IMG/VR virus record: IMGVR_UViG_3300020204_003072
Span: 62,001-126,000 of that record
Reading direction: 5' to 3' (one strand)
Length of the DNA: 64,000 nt
From: an uncultured virus (IMG/VR IMGVR_UViG_3300020204_003072)
Lineage: Duplodnaviria; Heunggongvirae; Uroviricota; Caudoviricetes
The position numbers were made by a program, and so were the translations under genes. Positions 9,449 through 20,403 of the stretch are shown in pieces (positions within the stretch are counted from its first letter, which is position 1; each line of letters begins with the position of its first letter). The notes beneath the pieces are model-generated. The model was not told where the DNA came from. It did no database searches and saw nothing but the letters and a program-made list of their open reading frames with translations.

Positions 9449-9910
9449 TTAACAATATGCCCCAGAACATCTTTTTTTACCATCAAGACCTGGTTTTGTT
9501 CCTTTACAAACTTGTACGGCGTAACCATTGGCGTAAGCACTAGGATACACGTCAAATTTTGCTTTGGCCGCTGCCTTTCCTCTGGCACATAGTTTTGTTC
9601 CAGTTTTTTTTCTTCCTTCAGCCATCACCATATCTTTATCATCAATATTCATTGACATTTCAATACCATCTTTTTTTGATTCATTCATAATAAAATCAAA
9701 TACTTGATCCATATTGTTTTTTGCTTCAGCTATGTGATCTTGGGCCCAGTCATGTCCATTTTCTAAAATTGACTCAACCATTTCTTCATCTAAATCAAGT
9801 AATAAATCACATTGTCTTCTCATTTGTTGTAGGTTTGAAAAGAACATATATCTTGACGACCCGTGTTCTTCTTCTCTTAAAACCTTTCTAATTATTCTAT
9901 CTAAATTCAT
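9449..9910 (-). CDS. Putative internal head protein with C-terminal KFDVYPSAYAN domain
   Basis: N-terminal IIRKVLREE motif and a basic Cys-containing C-terminal domain; start could be 9928. Confidence 0.7.
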   Translation of the reverse strand: MNLDRIIRKVLREEEHGSSRYMFFSNLQQMRRQCDLLLDLDEEMVESILENGHDWAQDHIAEAKNNMDQVFDFIMNESKKDGIEMSMNIDDKDMVMAEGRKKTGTKLCARGKAAAKAKFDVYPSAYANGYAVQVCKGTKPGLDGKKRCSGAYC

Positions 9911-9920
9911 ATCTAATATG

Positions 9921-10538
9921 TTAAGCATTTAATCCGTTTGGTCCTCCTAAGACAACCATATTTAATTGTGTTACAGGTGTTCCATAACCATCTGTCCATA
10001 CTGGGTGTGGTGGTGTTACAGCTGTTGATCCAGTAAATTCACAATCTGGAATACAAATAAAATTTTCTGTATTTGCACTTCTTGGTGGTGATGTAGTAGT
10101 TGTTGTAGTAGTACAATCACAATCATCGTAAATTGAGGAATCGTGTGAGCTGTATCCTTCAGTAGGGTCATCACTAATAGCACCAATAAGTTGAGCACAA
10201 ACTGTGGTATCATCGACTGCATAGTCGAATAAAAAAAACGGTGGTTGAAATTCTGGACAAAAAGCTTGTGAATTTATAATAAATTCTGTTGGTTCCTCTT
10301 CCTCTCCACATATTTGAAATACTAAATTTAATTCGTTTTCTCGAAAACATTCACAACAAGTACCATACGTGTCCCCAAGGACTGAATCGGAAGAATCTAT
10401 GGTTTCTTCTACTACTACTCCGCAATAAATGGCTTCTCCAAAATATAAACTTATAAAGTCACCTAGATTTAAGGTGTCACTCGAAGAAACAATAAATGTA
10501 TCTTCAGTAATACAATTTCGTACTAAATAATTTGTCAT
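9921..10538 (-). CDS. Cys-rich acidic putative virion protein with a poly-Thr linker
   Basis: CCEC and DCDC motifs; TTTTTTTSPP. Confidence 0.7.
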   Translation of the reverse strand: MTNYLVRNCITEDTFIVSSSDTLNLGDFISLYFGEAIYCGVVVEETIDSSDSVLGDTYGTCCECFRENELNLVFQICGEEEEPTEFIINSQAFCPEFQPPFFLFDYAVDDTTVCAQLIGAISDDPTEGYSSHDSSIYDDCDCTTTTTTTSPPRSANTENFICIPDCEFTGSTAVTPPHPVWTDGYGTPVTQLNMVVLGGPNGLNA

Positions 10539-10550
10539 ATTTTTATTTTT

Positions 10551-12008
10551 TTATTTTTTATTAACTATTTGAAACTTTATCTGTTTCTTATAAGTATTTA
10601 TCTCTCCCGATGAAATCACTTTAATATCAATAAAATATTCATTAGGTATTTTATCTCTTGTATCAAATATAAAATAATATTCATTTGGTGTTCTATTTAG
10701 TTTAGTCCAATCCTGGACTTGAACTTCTGTTTGACCCTCCCTAACATATATTCTATAATAAGATTCTATTTTTGGTAATTGTTGGTTTTTTGTATAAGCT
10801 TTTTTAATTATTACACCAACTTTTCTGATATCAGTATCTAATATTTTTTCATCTTGTTTAATCCCATAAAAATCAAATCCATAAATTGATGGGTCATTTG
10901 TCGTTGTTCCAAACTGTAATGAACTTTCCAATGGTTTGATCACAAATTCATTAACAACATTTGGTAATGAAAAATTATTTAATTTTATATTTGACCAAGT
11001 ATCTGTAAAAATACAAGGCGAATGATAATTTAATAATGGAGGAATTGCAATTTCATAAACACCTTTTGTTCTTTGGCAACTATCTAAATTAATAAGTCCA
11101 GGTATTGGTGTACCAGTTTGGTCTGAAATTGTTACTTTTGGTATTTCATCTAAATTAACAAAATCACCATCTTCATATGTATAAAGATATAATTTATTAA
11201 CTTTTCCCAAAGAAAAATTATTTCTATCATCTTGGATTAAATCATCGTATATCGTTTCAAGCCTCGGTTCATAAAATGTTTGAGTGTGTCTTGAAAAGAA
11301 ACCAACATAATATGATTCTGTTGTACCAGTTAAATTTTCGAGTTGAGGCAAAAATGATATCCCCCAACCCACCGGATTTACAAATGAACCATCTAAAATG
11401 GCTTCAATTTCACTTGTCATATCAATTTCCAAGTCTTCATTACCAAATTCAAAGTGCTGTGTACCAACAATTGTTAAAGCTGAAAATGGAAAATTTCCAT
11501 AGTTTTCATTGTTGTACACACCTTTTTCTTCCCAAGGTGTAAGTGTTTGTCTCAAATACCAATTTGATGGTCTTGTTGAAAAGTTTCTGTCACCAGGTAC
11601 CGAATCTATGTCCGTAAAATCATAACCAACACCCTCATCCCAATATTGTGGTAATGTTTCGTTGAAATCTTCATAGGGTATTCTCCAGACAATTAAATCA
11701 AATGATGTTGCCCTTTCTTTTTCTTCAGATGTCTTTGTGTTTAAAAAATCACGACTGAACGATGAAGTGTTAATCATACGTAATATGTGTTTAATATTCG
11801 TTGTACAACCAGTTGAAATAATTTTTTGATTATATTTTTCTTGTAATTCTGATAAATCAATATCAAATATACATCTTGAAAAACCAATAGGTACTTTTAC
11901 ACCACCATCAGCATAATATAGTTCTATTATTGGATTTCTACCAGTATTTGTTTCACCACTATAAACAATAGTATTGTTTCTACTAAAATAGGAATTATGA
12001 ATTGACAT
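10551..12008 (-). CDS. Putative virion structural protein (beta-rich)
   Basis: 485 aa, TATTTATA at 12021-12028, located among baseplate genes. Confidence 0.65.
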   Translation of the reverse strand: MSIHNSYFSRNNTIVYSGETNTGRNPIIELYYADGGVKVPIGFSRCIFDIDLSELQEKYNQKIISTGCTTNIKHILRMINTSSFSRDFLNTKTSEEKERATSFDLIVWRIPYEDFNETLPQYWDEGVGYDFTDIDSVPGDRNFSTRPSNWYLRQTLTPWEEKGVYNNENYGNFPFSALTIVGTQHFEFGNEDLEIDMTSEIEAILDGSFVNPVGWGISFLPQLENLTGTTESYYVGFFSRHTQTFYEPRLETIYDDLIQDDRNNFSLGKVNKLYLYTYEDGDFVNLDEIPKVTISDQTGTPIPGLINLDSCQRTKGVYEIAIPPLLNYHSPCIFTDTWSNIKLNNFSLPNVVNEFVIKPLESSLQFGTTTNDPSIYGFDFYGIKQDEKILDTDIRKVGVIIKKAYTKNQQLPKIESYYRIYVREGQTEVQVQDWTKLNRTPNEYYFIFDTRDKIPNEYFIDIKVISSGEINTYKKQIKFQIVNKK

Positions 12009-12028
12009 TTATCTTTTTAATATAAATA

Positions 12029-13570
12029 TCAATTAATTCGAATATTTGGATTCAAATATCTTTTTCTTTCTAATTCAGCTCTTATCTGTTCTTTACTAAT
12101 TCCAGAACTAGTTTTTTTGGCCGGCGGTCTTAATGGATTATGAACGTGATCTGTCATAAAAGTAACAATCTTATCAAGTAGTTCATATAGTTCATCACCT
12201 CTAACCATAGCATTTGTCCTACCTTTCAAGTAATCAGTAAATGTTGGTTGTTCAATACCATATAAAGTATTTTTCAAATCAATTGTAAAAACATCATCGG
12301 TAGTTTGATGTGTTAAAAAGTAAAGAAAATCACCACCCATTGTTGCGTATGTAACTGGGTTTGACTTATATTCAGATTTTTCAACATCAACGGATGTTTC
12401 AATATTTTGTGGCCCAACGATATTATAATCCCAAATTACAGCAAATCCAGGTTCAGTACTTGAATCAAAAAGTTTTATTTTATTATAAATGTTAGTTACT
12501 ACATTATTTTCTGTAAAATCTGTTGTTGGGTTTATATCTAAGATTTTTGAATTAGTTGACACACTAGGCCCATAAACAAAAGGAAACTGGTCAATTAATT
12601 TTCCAGAATTTGGGTATTTGTTATACCCTTCAATATTAATAACACCTTTATTGAAACCTCTAATGTATGTATTAATAAAATTAATCGAATCTTCGATACT
12701 TAGTCCAGTAAAAACATATTTTGAATTAGGAATTAGATTAAAATTTACAGTAGTCCCAGTATCAAAATTAAAATTATATGTTGTAACATTTTTTACAGTA
12801 TTTATTTGTACATAACCATCAACAGTATTTGCAGTAATGTTTATGTTTGAAATGTCCCATTCAACAAAATTTTTAACTTCTTTATCGACAAACTTTGTTA
12901 TATCAATAGTTTCAGTACCAGTATCAACTAATTCTTGGTCAAAAATAGATAATTGTAAGAATGATCTTTTATCATATGGTCTTACATCTGGTTGTGTTAT
13001 TTGGCCAGTATCAGTAAAATCTAAATCAAATGTTTTTCTATATTTTCCAGCACGTAATAAAACATCAGTTTTTTTTAAAACTAAGTCTGTTGATCCACGA
13101 CTTAACAATGCGTTATCACCAGGTAACGGATAAATATCCTTTACAATTTCTTGAACATTACCAGTTTTACTATTTCTTGTTTCGTAACTTTTTTGAAGTG
13201 GTGCACCATTATCTAAGACTGATTGTGCGTTATTATAATTTTCACGAACATTATTCCAAGGTCTACTGATTGGTCCTTGAATATAGAATTTATTACTAGA
13301 TAAAGGTTCAACTCTTGTTGAATACATAATGTTGACATATTCACCGACTTCAGGTACTTGACTAATGTAATAAGGTAATAAAGGTAAAAAAATGAAAGGG
13401 TCGTCAGATGTCCAAGCGTATTCACTAACTGATTTTGGTGTCCCATCTGAATTTGTGGGGATAGATTGATTTTCAAACTTTGTTTGGGGTTCAACTCTAA
13501 TTCTACCAATCATAAGTGGATCAGTATTATCTAAAACTTTACCAGGAAGTATTATTCTATTATCTTGCAT
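12029..13570 (-). CDS. Baseplate hub/spike protein with gp5-like OB fold
   Basis: DPLMIGRIRV...PLLP...PEVGEYV N-terminus; C-terminal VRGDEL...HVH spike-tip motif. Confidence 0.7.
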   Translation of the reverse strand: MQDNRIILPGKVLDNTDPLMIGRIRVEPQTKFENQSIPTNSDGTPKSVSEYAWTSDDPFIFLPLLPYYISQVPEVGEYVNIMYSTRVEPLSSNKFYIQGPISRPWNNVRENYNNAQSVLDNGAPLQKSYETRNSKTGNVQEIVKDIYPLPGDNALLSRGSTDLVLKKTDVLLRAGKYRKTFDLDFTDTGQITQPDVRPYDKRSFLQLSIFDQELVDTGTETIDITKFVDKEVKNFVEWDISNINITANTVDGYVQINTVKNVTTYNFNFDTGTTVNFNLIPNSKYVFTGLSIEDSINFINTYIRGFNKGVINIEGYNKYPNSGKLIDQFPFVYGPSVSTNSKILDINPTTDFTENNVVTNIYNKIKLFDSSTEPGFAVIWDYNIVGPQNIETSVDVEKSEYKSNPVTYATMGGDFLYFLTHQTTDDVFTIDLKNTLYGIEQPTFTDYLKGRTNAMVRGDELYELLDKIVTFMTDHVHNPLRPPAKKTSSGISKEQIRAELERKRYLNPNIRIN

Positions 13571-13769
13571 TTCTAGACTTATATTCTTTAAGTATTGTGT
13601 TATATGTTATTTCTAACTTGTCCAGATGGTCTGTAAGTTTAATAAGATTTTCTTTTGTTTTTTCAAATTCAGTATTAATAAATTCAAGGGCAATTTCTAA
13701 ATCTTTATTAGATTTTTCTTTATACTTTGAAACTATTTCTAAAATTTGTTCTTTTGTTACCGTTTCCAT
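13560..13769 (-). CDS. Small coiled-coil hypothetical protein
   Basis: 69 aa, translationally coupled to its neighbours. Confidence 0.75.
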   Translation of the reverse strand: METVTKEQILEIVSKYKEKSNKDLEIALEFINTEFEKTKENLIKLTDHLDKLEITYNTILKEYKSRNAR

Positions 13770-13771
13770 AT

Positions 13772-15727
13772 TTATAATTTTTTTCCAAAAGCAATACTAG
13801 GTAATGTCGTACCAATTGGTGTTATGGATAATGGATCAATTGCGATTTGTACTTGATTATTTTCAGCGTCTTCTTTATCCATACCATCAATTATAGCCTT
13901 CATTGCTAGTAAGTATTCATTTGGAGAACCGTCAGGTAATGGACCTGTCGGTATCCCAAGTTTTTCTAATTCTTCAATAACATTAAGATAAGCTCTTGTT
14001 GAAGAAAATCCACTTAAAAATCTTGTTGCTAATAACAAAGGAAGTGGTATTTGATTTCCGAAACCCCTAGATGCTAATTTTAATAATTTTAATAAATTAT
14101 CTATAACACTTTTACATTCTCTAACATCAGTGATGATATCTGCAATTACTAAAAGAATTTGTGTTAAAGCAAATATAACCGATAATGTTTTTTTATTTTT
14201 TTCAAGTTTAATATCAATTGTTATTGTTGATATTAATTGCTTAATGTCTTGAACGACTAAATCAAAAATAATTTTTATAAATATTCCATATATTTTTGAA
14301 GTTACATTTACAGCAAAATCTTTGAATTTTTTAAAAAAATCAACGTATGATTTTACTAAATTGAGAGTTTCATTACCTAAAGCCAACAGCACAATTGCTA
14401 ATGGTAAAATAACTTTAGGTGACAGTACTGAAAATAAAACCGCCTTTGGAAATTCCTTAATCATTGATTCGTCAATGTTTATTTGTAATGGTAACCAATC
14501 TGGGTTTTTTGTTAATGAATCGGTAATATTTGTTGCATTATCTATTGTATTATTATTATTTGATCCGGGTACAAAATTTAAGTTATTTATACTAGTTATT
14601 ATTGCGGAAGTATCTACAGGTAATTTTATTGTTTGACATTCTTCAAACTCTACAACACCATTAAGTGTGTCTGAAATAGATTGGTCAATAAATAAAGTGT
14701 CTAATTCATCAAATTCAAAAAAAGAATCGTCAATATTGTCGTTTTCAGAAACTTTAGCACTACCAGAAACATCAATTTCTTTGTTGCCGTCAAAACATAA
14801 ACCAAGTATTCTCTGTACAATTAAAGAGACTTTATAAAAATCACCAAGGTCATTTTTACCATCACCTTTTTCTATCGAAATCGCCCCAGTTAATATATTC
14901 ATTAAATTTGCAAAAATTGCTTTGAAATCTATAATTTCAATGGACTTATAGTAATCTTTAATAAATTCTTTTATCTTTTGACCAGAAACTCTTTGTTTTG
15001 GCGTTACCTTAAAATAGTTACCTGAAACACCATTGTTATCTACTTCGGTATAAGAAATATCAAATAAATCTTGTAATGAAATACCTTGAAAGTTAGAAGA
15101 ATATTGAATTGAAAAATTTTGATTTATATTTTGAATTCTTTGATATAATTCTTTATTCATTGGGAATGGGTTGGAAGGGTATGATAAATTTTCATTTTCA
15201 TATGAAATTTTTCCAATTTCAGTTGTGGGATCAATTTTTAATAAACCTAAAAAATCGATTGATTTTACATTAATATATAAATCTTGATTTGGTTGGTATG
15301 TCTGGTCGTCTGAACAACCAGCAGTATTTAAAACTTCTTCTTGTAGTAAACTAAGAATTTTAGGTTTTAATTCATTTAATGCTGTAATAAATTTACCAAT
15401 TATGTATTTTTTAACATCACCACCCTTTTTATATTTTTCTAATTTATTTGGGTCTAAACTTTTTAAACCATCGGTAAACTGGTCATCAGCAGATAAAAAT
15501 TTTATCTTCAACAATTCGTCTAATTGACTATTTTGTTTTTTTTGCCATTTATTAAATTTTGATTTTTGTTTTTGATATCTTTTGGTTATTTTAGATTTCT
15601 TTTTTTCAAAAGAAGTACCAAGCTTCTTTTTTAATTTTTTATAGTCTCTAGAAAGTTTTTTATATGTTTGATTTTTTTGTATCGAACTACCAATAGTTTC
15701 ATATCCTTCTTGAATATCAATTGCCAT
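13772..15727 (-). CDS. Large hypothetical protein, probably structural
   Basis: 651 aa ORF in a late operon. Confidence 0.75.
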   Translation of the reverse strand: MAIDIQEGYETIGSSIQKNQTYKKLSRDYKKLKKKLGTSFEKKKSKITKRYQKQKSKFNKWQKKQNSQLDELLKIKFLSADDQFTDGLKSLDPNKLEKYKKGGDVKKYIIGKFITALNELKPKILSLLQEEVLNTAGCSDDQTYQPNQDLYINVKSIDFLGLLKIDPTTEIGKISYENENLSYPSNPFPMNKELYQRIQNINQNFSIQYSSNFQGISLQDLFDISYTEVDNNGVSGNYFKVTPKQRVSGQKIKEFIKDYYKSIEIIDFKAIFANLMNILTGAISIEKGDGKNDLGDFYKVSLIVQRILGLCFDGNKEIDVSGSAKVSENDNIDDSFFEFDELDTLFIDQSISDTLNGVVEFEECQTIKLPVDTSAIITSINNLNFVPGSNNNNTIDNATNITDSLTKNPDWLPLQINIDESMIKEFPKAVLFSVLSPKVILPLAIVLLALGNETLNLVKSYVDFFKKFKDFAVNVTSKIYGIFIKIIFDLVVQDIKQLISTITIDIKLEKNKKTLSVIFALTQILLVIADIITDVRECKSVIDNLLKLLKLASRGFGNQIPLPLLLATRFLSGFSSTRAYLNVIEELEKLGIPTGPLPDGSPNEYLLAMKAIIDGMDKEDAENNQVQIAIDPLSITPIGTTLPSIAFGKKL

Positions 15728-16095
15728 TATTTTTTCATTTTATAATTTTTATCTGAAGTATCTTTTTCTATTAATGACTTCATAACGTCATCATCTAAAT
15801 CTAAGTCTGAAAGAGTAAACTCTTCTTCTTTTTCTTGTGATTTTTGCCAAATTTGGGCTTGTAGTTTCGATAATGAAAGTTTCTTTTCAACACAATCGTT
15901 TATAATTTTTTGTTGTTTTTCAATAACAGGACCAATTAGTGTCATATCTTCTGGTTCTTTCATCATTGTTAACATTTTATTTTGAATCCTAATAGCTGTA
16001 TTTCTTTGTTCAACAAGTTCATTATAAATTTCTTGCATCAAAGATAACATAGAATCTTTTGTAAGATTAATTTGTTTTTTTTGTGGTCTTGGCAT
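15727..16095 (-). CDS. Hypothetical coiled-coil protein
   Basis: 122 aa; TATTTAT upstream. Confidence 0.75.
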   Translation of the reverse strand: MPRPQKKQINLTKDSMLSLMQEIYNELVEQRNTAIRIQNKMLTMMKEPEDMTLIGPVIEKQQKIINDCVEKKLSLSKLQAQIWQKSQEKEEEFTLSDLDLDDDVMKSLIEKDTSDKNYKMKK

Positions 16096-16106
16096 ATTAA
16101 TAAATA

Positions 16107-16862
16107 CTAATCTTTTAAAATATCCTGTAACAATTCACCATATAATTTTTTATATCTCTTCATAGATGCCCTAATTTCTTTAGTTGTTAAATTAGTCATC
16201 TCCCTCAATTCAAATAAAATAACATTTTTATTGAACTTATTATTGTTGTTTGTTTCAATAAAAAGATTTTTATAATTTTCAAAAAGGTCAAAAAGTGATT
16301 GACCAAGTTTTTGTTCTTGTTCAGTTATTTTTTTATCTTCTAATGAAGTTTTAAGTTTTTTAAGAAATTTTTTCATAATTTCTTCACTTGTAATTTCTTC
16401 ATTGTCGATATAGTAAACCATATCTGGACTATTTTGTAAATCAGTTGAAATGTCTTGATAAGAAATTTTTCTATTCATTTCTTTTTGATCTTTCATTATT
16501 TGACCCATCAAATAATTTTTACAAATAGTTCCAAAATAGGAATACGCTTTTTTTTCTTTTGATGGTTTAAATTTATCAATTTTGGTCATCAAAAATGAAT
16601 GTGTGTCAATATGGATTTCTTCGTAGTCCATATCTTTTCTATATAATTTGTATCGTCTAATTATTGACGATATCATTTTATCTAAAGGATGTTTCAAAAA
16701 ATCATTATATATTTTGTTTTTTTCTTCAAAAGTAGTTGCTTTTAGATAGTTTCTTACCGCAATTTCTTCTTGTTCGGCAAAATAGTTTTTTACTTTTGGT
16801 TTTCTTCCTTTCTTTTTCTTATCATCACATTGTTCACAATTTTCTTCATTAATTAACATCAA
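16107..16862 (-). CDS. Sigma-factor-like protein (T4 gp55-like late sigma)
   Basis: KIDKFKPSKEKKAYSYFGTICKN resembles the gp55 region-2 motif F(D)P.K..NPFAYFTQI. Confidence 0.65.
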   Translation of the reverse strand: MMLINEENCEQCDDKKKKGRKPKVKNYFAEQEEIAVRNYLKATTFEEKNKIYNDFLKHPLDKMISSIIRRYKLYRKDMDYEEIHIDTHSFLMTKIDKFKPSKEKKAYSYFGTICKNYLMGQIMKDQKEMNRKISYQDISTDLQNSPDMVYYIDNEEITSEEIMKKFLKKLKTSLEDKKITEQEQKLGQSLFDLFENYKNLFIETNNNNKFNKNVILFELREMTNLTTKEIRASMKRYKKLYGELLQDILKD

Positions 16863-17665
16863 ACTTCTTGTGGTTCATATTTTATATCTCTTTCTTTAAT
16901 AAAAAGATATTCTCTTTTAGCGGAGTCAATCCAGAATTTAACTTCATCTTCAGATAATCTATCATCACCATTTTTGTAATTCCAGAAAATTGACCCATCT
17001 CTTAAATTCATATGTTTGTAACCGATTCTTGGTATTGTCATAATTTTAACATTGTTATTTGTCATTCTTAACAAGAACTCATAACCAAACGTGAGTTTGA
17101 AAGAATCTTTTAACATTCCAAAATCAACGAAAGATTTTTTTCTTATGACCATTCCAGATATTTGGAAATTTTGGTATGTAAGTAAAGTTTCATTATCCAA
17201 GTAACCCATTTCAGTTGAAAAGTTTGCAGCAAAAGTTGCTTCATTGGTAAAACCCACAAAAACACCTTTATAGTCCACATCAACAACTATTGGTAAAAAT
17301 GCGTCAACATTACCATAAATGTCCATATAATTTTTTGCATTCTTGAACCAAATTTTGGAGTATTCATCGTCAAATTCCAAAATAGAAACCCACTCAGATG
17401 TTGCTTTACTAACACCATAATTTACCTGGTTTGCAAAACTTGGGCTTCCGTCAAATTCTTCTATAATTACATCTAATGTTCCAAAATCAAAACTTGAAAC
17501 AAAATTTTGAAAATAACTTTCTCCTACGTGAACAATAATTAATTCACTAACTAAACCTTCTTGGTTTTTTACAGAAGTTATTGCCTTTTCAAAAAATTCT
17601 TCAAAGTCTACTGCTTTACCAGATTTTATTGGTAATATAACCGATATTGTGTTTTTACTTTCCAT
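16859..17665 (-). CDS. Glycosyltransferase, GT2 family
   Basis: ISVILPI...SV..Q...N.GV..A.SEWVSILEFDD GT-A pattern. Confidence 0.8.
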   Translation of the reverse strand: MESKNTISVILPIKSGKAVDFEEFFEKAITSVKNQEGLVSELIIVHVGESYFQNFVSSFDFGTLDVIIEEFDGSPSFANQVNYGVSKATSEWVSILEFDDEYSKIWFKNAKNYMDIYGNVDAFLPIVVDVDYKGVFVGFTNEATFAANFSTEMGYLDNETLLTYQNFQISGMVIRKKSFVDFGMLKDSFKLTFGYEFLLRMTNNNVKIMTIPRIGYKHMNLRDGSIFWNYKNGDDRLSEDEVKFWIDSAKREYLFIKERDIKYEPQEV

Positions 17666-17666
17666 A

Positions 17667-18728
17667 TTAATCAATTGTTTCAAATTTATTTAGTTGTTCT
17701 TCAAATGTTTTCATTCTTGTTTCTATCATTTCTGAAAAAACACTAATAACATTTTTTTCAAAGTTTTCGATGTTTGAGTATTGCTCAACAGTTTTATCCA
17801 TAGCATCAAAAAGTTCTGGGTTCAAATTATCTTCTAACCAGTTCTGTGTAAAATCGGCAACAACTTCAACCAATGAATTTTTATTTGCTAACCAAATTCC
17901 GTTGTCTTCGTTCAACCATTCTGGTTGTAAATGTGGTAACATACCAATAACTGGAACACCAGATTTCATTGATTCTAATGGGAATGTACCAAAACCACTT
18001 GTTTGATCAATCCATACCGAAACAAAACTTTCTTTAAGTGCTGTTGCAAATTCTTTTTCTGTTAGTCCTCTTAAATCTCTAAATGTAATCCATCTATATT
18101 GTGGAAACTTAACATAGAATTGTTTAATTAAATTTACAGTTTCCCTTTGATCTCTTGAATGGATTGAAATGATAGTTTTTGCTGGGTTTTCACTTTTAAC
18201 AAAACAATCACTTATTATAGGTTTTATAATTTCGAAAGAAACTTTTCTCATAATTTGTTCAATATGGGTTTTTTGTGTTTCGGAAGTTGTGATACATTTA
18301 AAAAACCCTAATTGTTGCCAGTTTTGTCCAGGTTGTAGTGTTTCAAAAATATGGTCATAAGCTTGTGCTATAACAACTTTTCCACAAGGTAACTTTTTTA
18401 CTTGGTCCATAACATATCCAAAAATTTCTGGTATAATTAAAATATCATCTGGTGAAATTTCTAAATTACCATCATCAATAGATTTATGTTGTAGTTCATT
18501 CATATATTCTTCACCTAACCATTCACCAACACCAATATATTCTTTGTTTTCGTGTAATATTATAGGATTGTGACCATCTTTTTTTAAGACCATAGCGATT
18601 TGATAAGTCAGTCTAACTGAAGCTTTCGCATTTCCTTTAGTATCCTGGACAACAAAGTATAATCTGGATTTTTTGTCCTTCATACTTTGAACTGCTTTTT
18701 CTAATTTTTTTATCTGTTCGGCATTCAT
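17667..18728 (-). CDS. Glycosyltransferase, GT-B/GT4-like
   Basis: SGFGTFPLESMKSGVPVIG nucleotide-sugar-binding motif. Confidence 0.8.
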   Translation of the reverse strand: MNAEQIKKLEKAVQSMKDKKSRLYFVVQDTKGNAKASVRLTYQIAMVLKKDGHNPIILHENKEYIGVGEWLGEEYMNELQHKSIDDGNLEISPDDILIIPEIFGYVMDQVKKLPCGKVVIAQAYDHIFETLQPGQNWQQLGFFKCITTSETQKTHIEQIMRKVSFEIIKPIISDCFVKSENPAKTIISIHSRDQRETVNLIKQFYVKFPQYRWITFRDLRGLTEKEFATALKESFVSVWIDQTSGFGTFPLESMKSGVPVIGMLPHLQPEWLNEDNGIWLANKNSLVEVVADFTQNWLEDNLNPELFDAMDKTVEQYSNIENFEKNVISVFSEMIETRMKTFEEQLNKFETID

Positions 18729-18733
18729 ACTTT

Positions 18734-19036
18734 TTATATTTTATTTATTATTTTCTTAATTAATAATGAATTAAATGCAATTTTAAATGGTATTGAAACT
18801 TCATTTGATTTCATACCTAAATCTTCATCAACTTCATTTGATTCTGTTAATACTGTTTCTAAAAAATTTTTAATTAATTCATATTTTACTAAATGAATTT
18901 GTTTTTCTTCCTTTTTTTCTGTTGCCATATCAACGTCGCCACCATCAAGCTCTTCTTTAAGTTCAGCCGTAAATTGTACATATTCATCAACTGCATCAAT
19001 GTCAATGTAATAGTTTTCATTAAATATTTTAAACAT
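18734..19036 (-). CDS. Hypothetical protein
   Basis: 100 aa ORF in operon. Confidence 0.75.
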   Translation of the reverse strand: MFKIFNENYYIDIDAVDEYVQFTAELKEELDGGDVDMATEKKEEKQIHLVKYELIKNFLETVLTESNEVDEDLGMKSNEVSIPFKIAFNSLLIKKIINKI

Positions 19037-19691
19037 ATTCTTCTTTTATTTTTTTTAATAATAAGTTAAAATCAGATAAAGTGGATATTTCAAAGTCACA
19101 ATTAATTTCTTTATTATATTCACGAATAAATTTTATAACAGTCTTATTTTCTGGTTTATTTTTAATTAAATCTGGATTCGATGTTATTAATATGTCTACT
19201 TCGTCCCACATTTCAGATTTTGTAACTTCACTATAAAAAACAACCTTTTCTAATAAACATCCAAATTTTGCTAAAAAAAATAATGATGCTGGCTTTGATT
19301 TACCAATTTCATCGGAAACAATCAAAAGTTCGAATTCATCTCTTAATTCGTAGTACAAATCATTTAATATGTTAAATGTGTTCATTTCTGTTGATGGTGC
19401 GTGACCAAATAATTCCATTGTATATTCTTCATACATAAATGAATATAATTCTTCTTTATTTTGAAATGAAAAATGTTTCATTAAATCTAAAGAATTGACA
19501 TCACTAATTATTTCATAGTTAAATGGTTCTGGTGTTGTTTCTTCTTCAGTATTTCCAGACATATCAAGTTTATATGTTTGACCTATAAATTCATTTTGGT
19601 TGCTATAAATTAAATGTTTTTCATAAACTTGTTTAAATTTTTCTATGGTGTCTCTTAAAACACCATTAATTTCAATCCCTATTCTCTTCAT
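19029..19691 (-). CDS. HAD/5'-nucleotidase-like protein with degenerate motif I
   Basis: IGIEINGVLRD in place of IxxDxDGVLxD. Confidence 0.6.
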   Translation of the reverse strand: MKRIGIEINGVLRDTIEKFKQVYEKHLIYSNQNEFIGQTYKLDMSGNTEEETTPEPFNYEIISDVNSLDLMKHFSFQNKEELYSFMYEEYTMELFGHAPSTEMNTFNILNDLYYELRDEFELLIVSDEIGKSKPASLFFLAKFGCLLEKVVFYSEVTKSEMWDEVDILITSNPDLIKNKPENKTVIKFIREYNKEINCDFEISTLSDFNLLLKKIKEEYV

Positions 19692-20403
19692 ATTTTGACA
19701 ATATTTTACCTATTAATGGGTTACGAACATTTTTTGCACCTCTAAAATCAAAAACACCAATATTTGGAATATCAGTAAATCTTTGTATTGCATCATAAAG
19801 ACCTGATTGTTTTTTATCTTTATATCTGTCAGTTTGTTCTAAATCACCTGATATAAAGAATTTACTATTGAAACCTATTCTTGTCAATAAAAGTTTCATT
19901 TGATTTGGTGTTGAATTTTGTGCTTCTTCAAAAATTAATATTGAATTATCTATGTTCATACCTCTCATATATGCAAGAGCAAAAACTTCTATAATTTCAG
20001 CATCCTTTAATTTTTCTCTAGCTTCCTTACCGATAATTTTATTCAATAAGTAGTAAGAAGGAAAAATATAAGGATCTAACTTTTCTTCTAAATTACCAGG
20101 TAATGAACCAAGTTTTTCTTCAGCTTCAACAGCTGGCCTTACAATTATAATTTTTTCATAAGAATTATTTGGATCCATAAGTAAATCAACAGCTGCTTTC
20201 ATTGCTATATATGATTTACCAACACCTGCCGGCCCTGAAGCAATTGTTATTTCGTTTGATTTTAAAATATTATAATAATCTTCTTGGTGTTCAGTTAAAA
20301 ATTTATTTTTTTGTTTTTTCTTAATTACGGAATTAATGTATTCTTTTCTTGAAAACGGTTTTGATTCGGAATCATCATTCTGTGTAACTTTCTTTCTGTT
20401 CAT
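19672..20403 (-). CDS. phoH: PhoH-like ATPase
   Basis: GPAGVGKS, RPAVEAEEKLGSLPG, AYMRG, EEAQN and GDLEQTD motifs. Confidence 0.95.
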   Translation of the reverse strand: MNRKKVTQNDDSESKPFSRKEYINSVIKKKQKNKFLTEHQEDYYNILKSNEITIASGPAGVGKSYIAMKAAVDLLMDPNNSYEKIIIVRPAVEAEEKLGSLPGNLEEKLDPYIFPSYYLLNKIIGKEAREKLKDAEIIEVFALAYMRGMNIDNSILIFEEAQNSTPNQMKLLLTRIGFNSKFFISGDLEQTDRYKDKKQSGLYDAIQRFTDIPNIGVFDFRGAKNVRNPLIGKILSKYEENRD

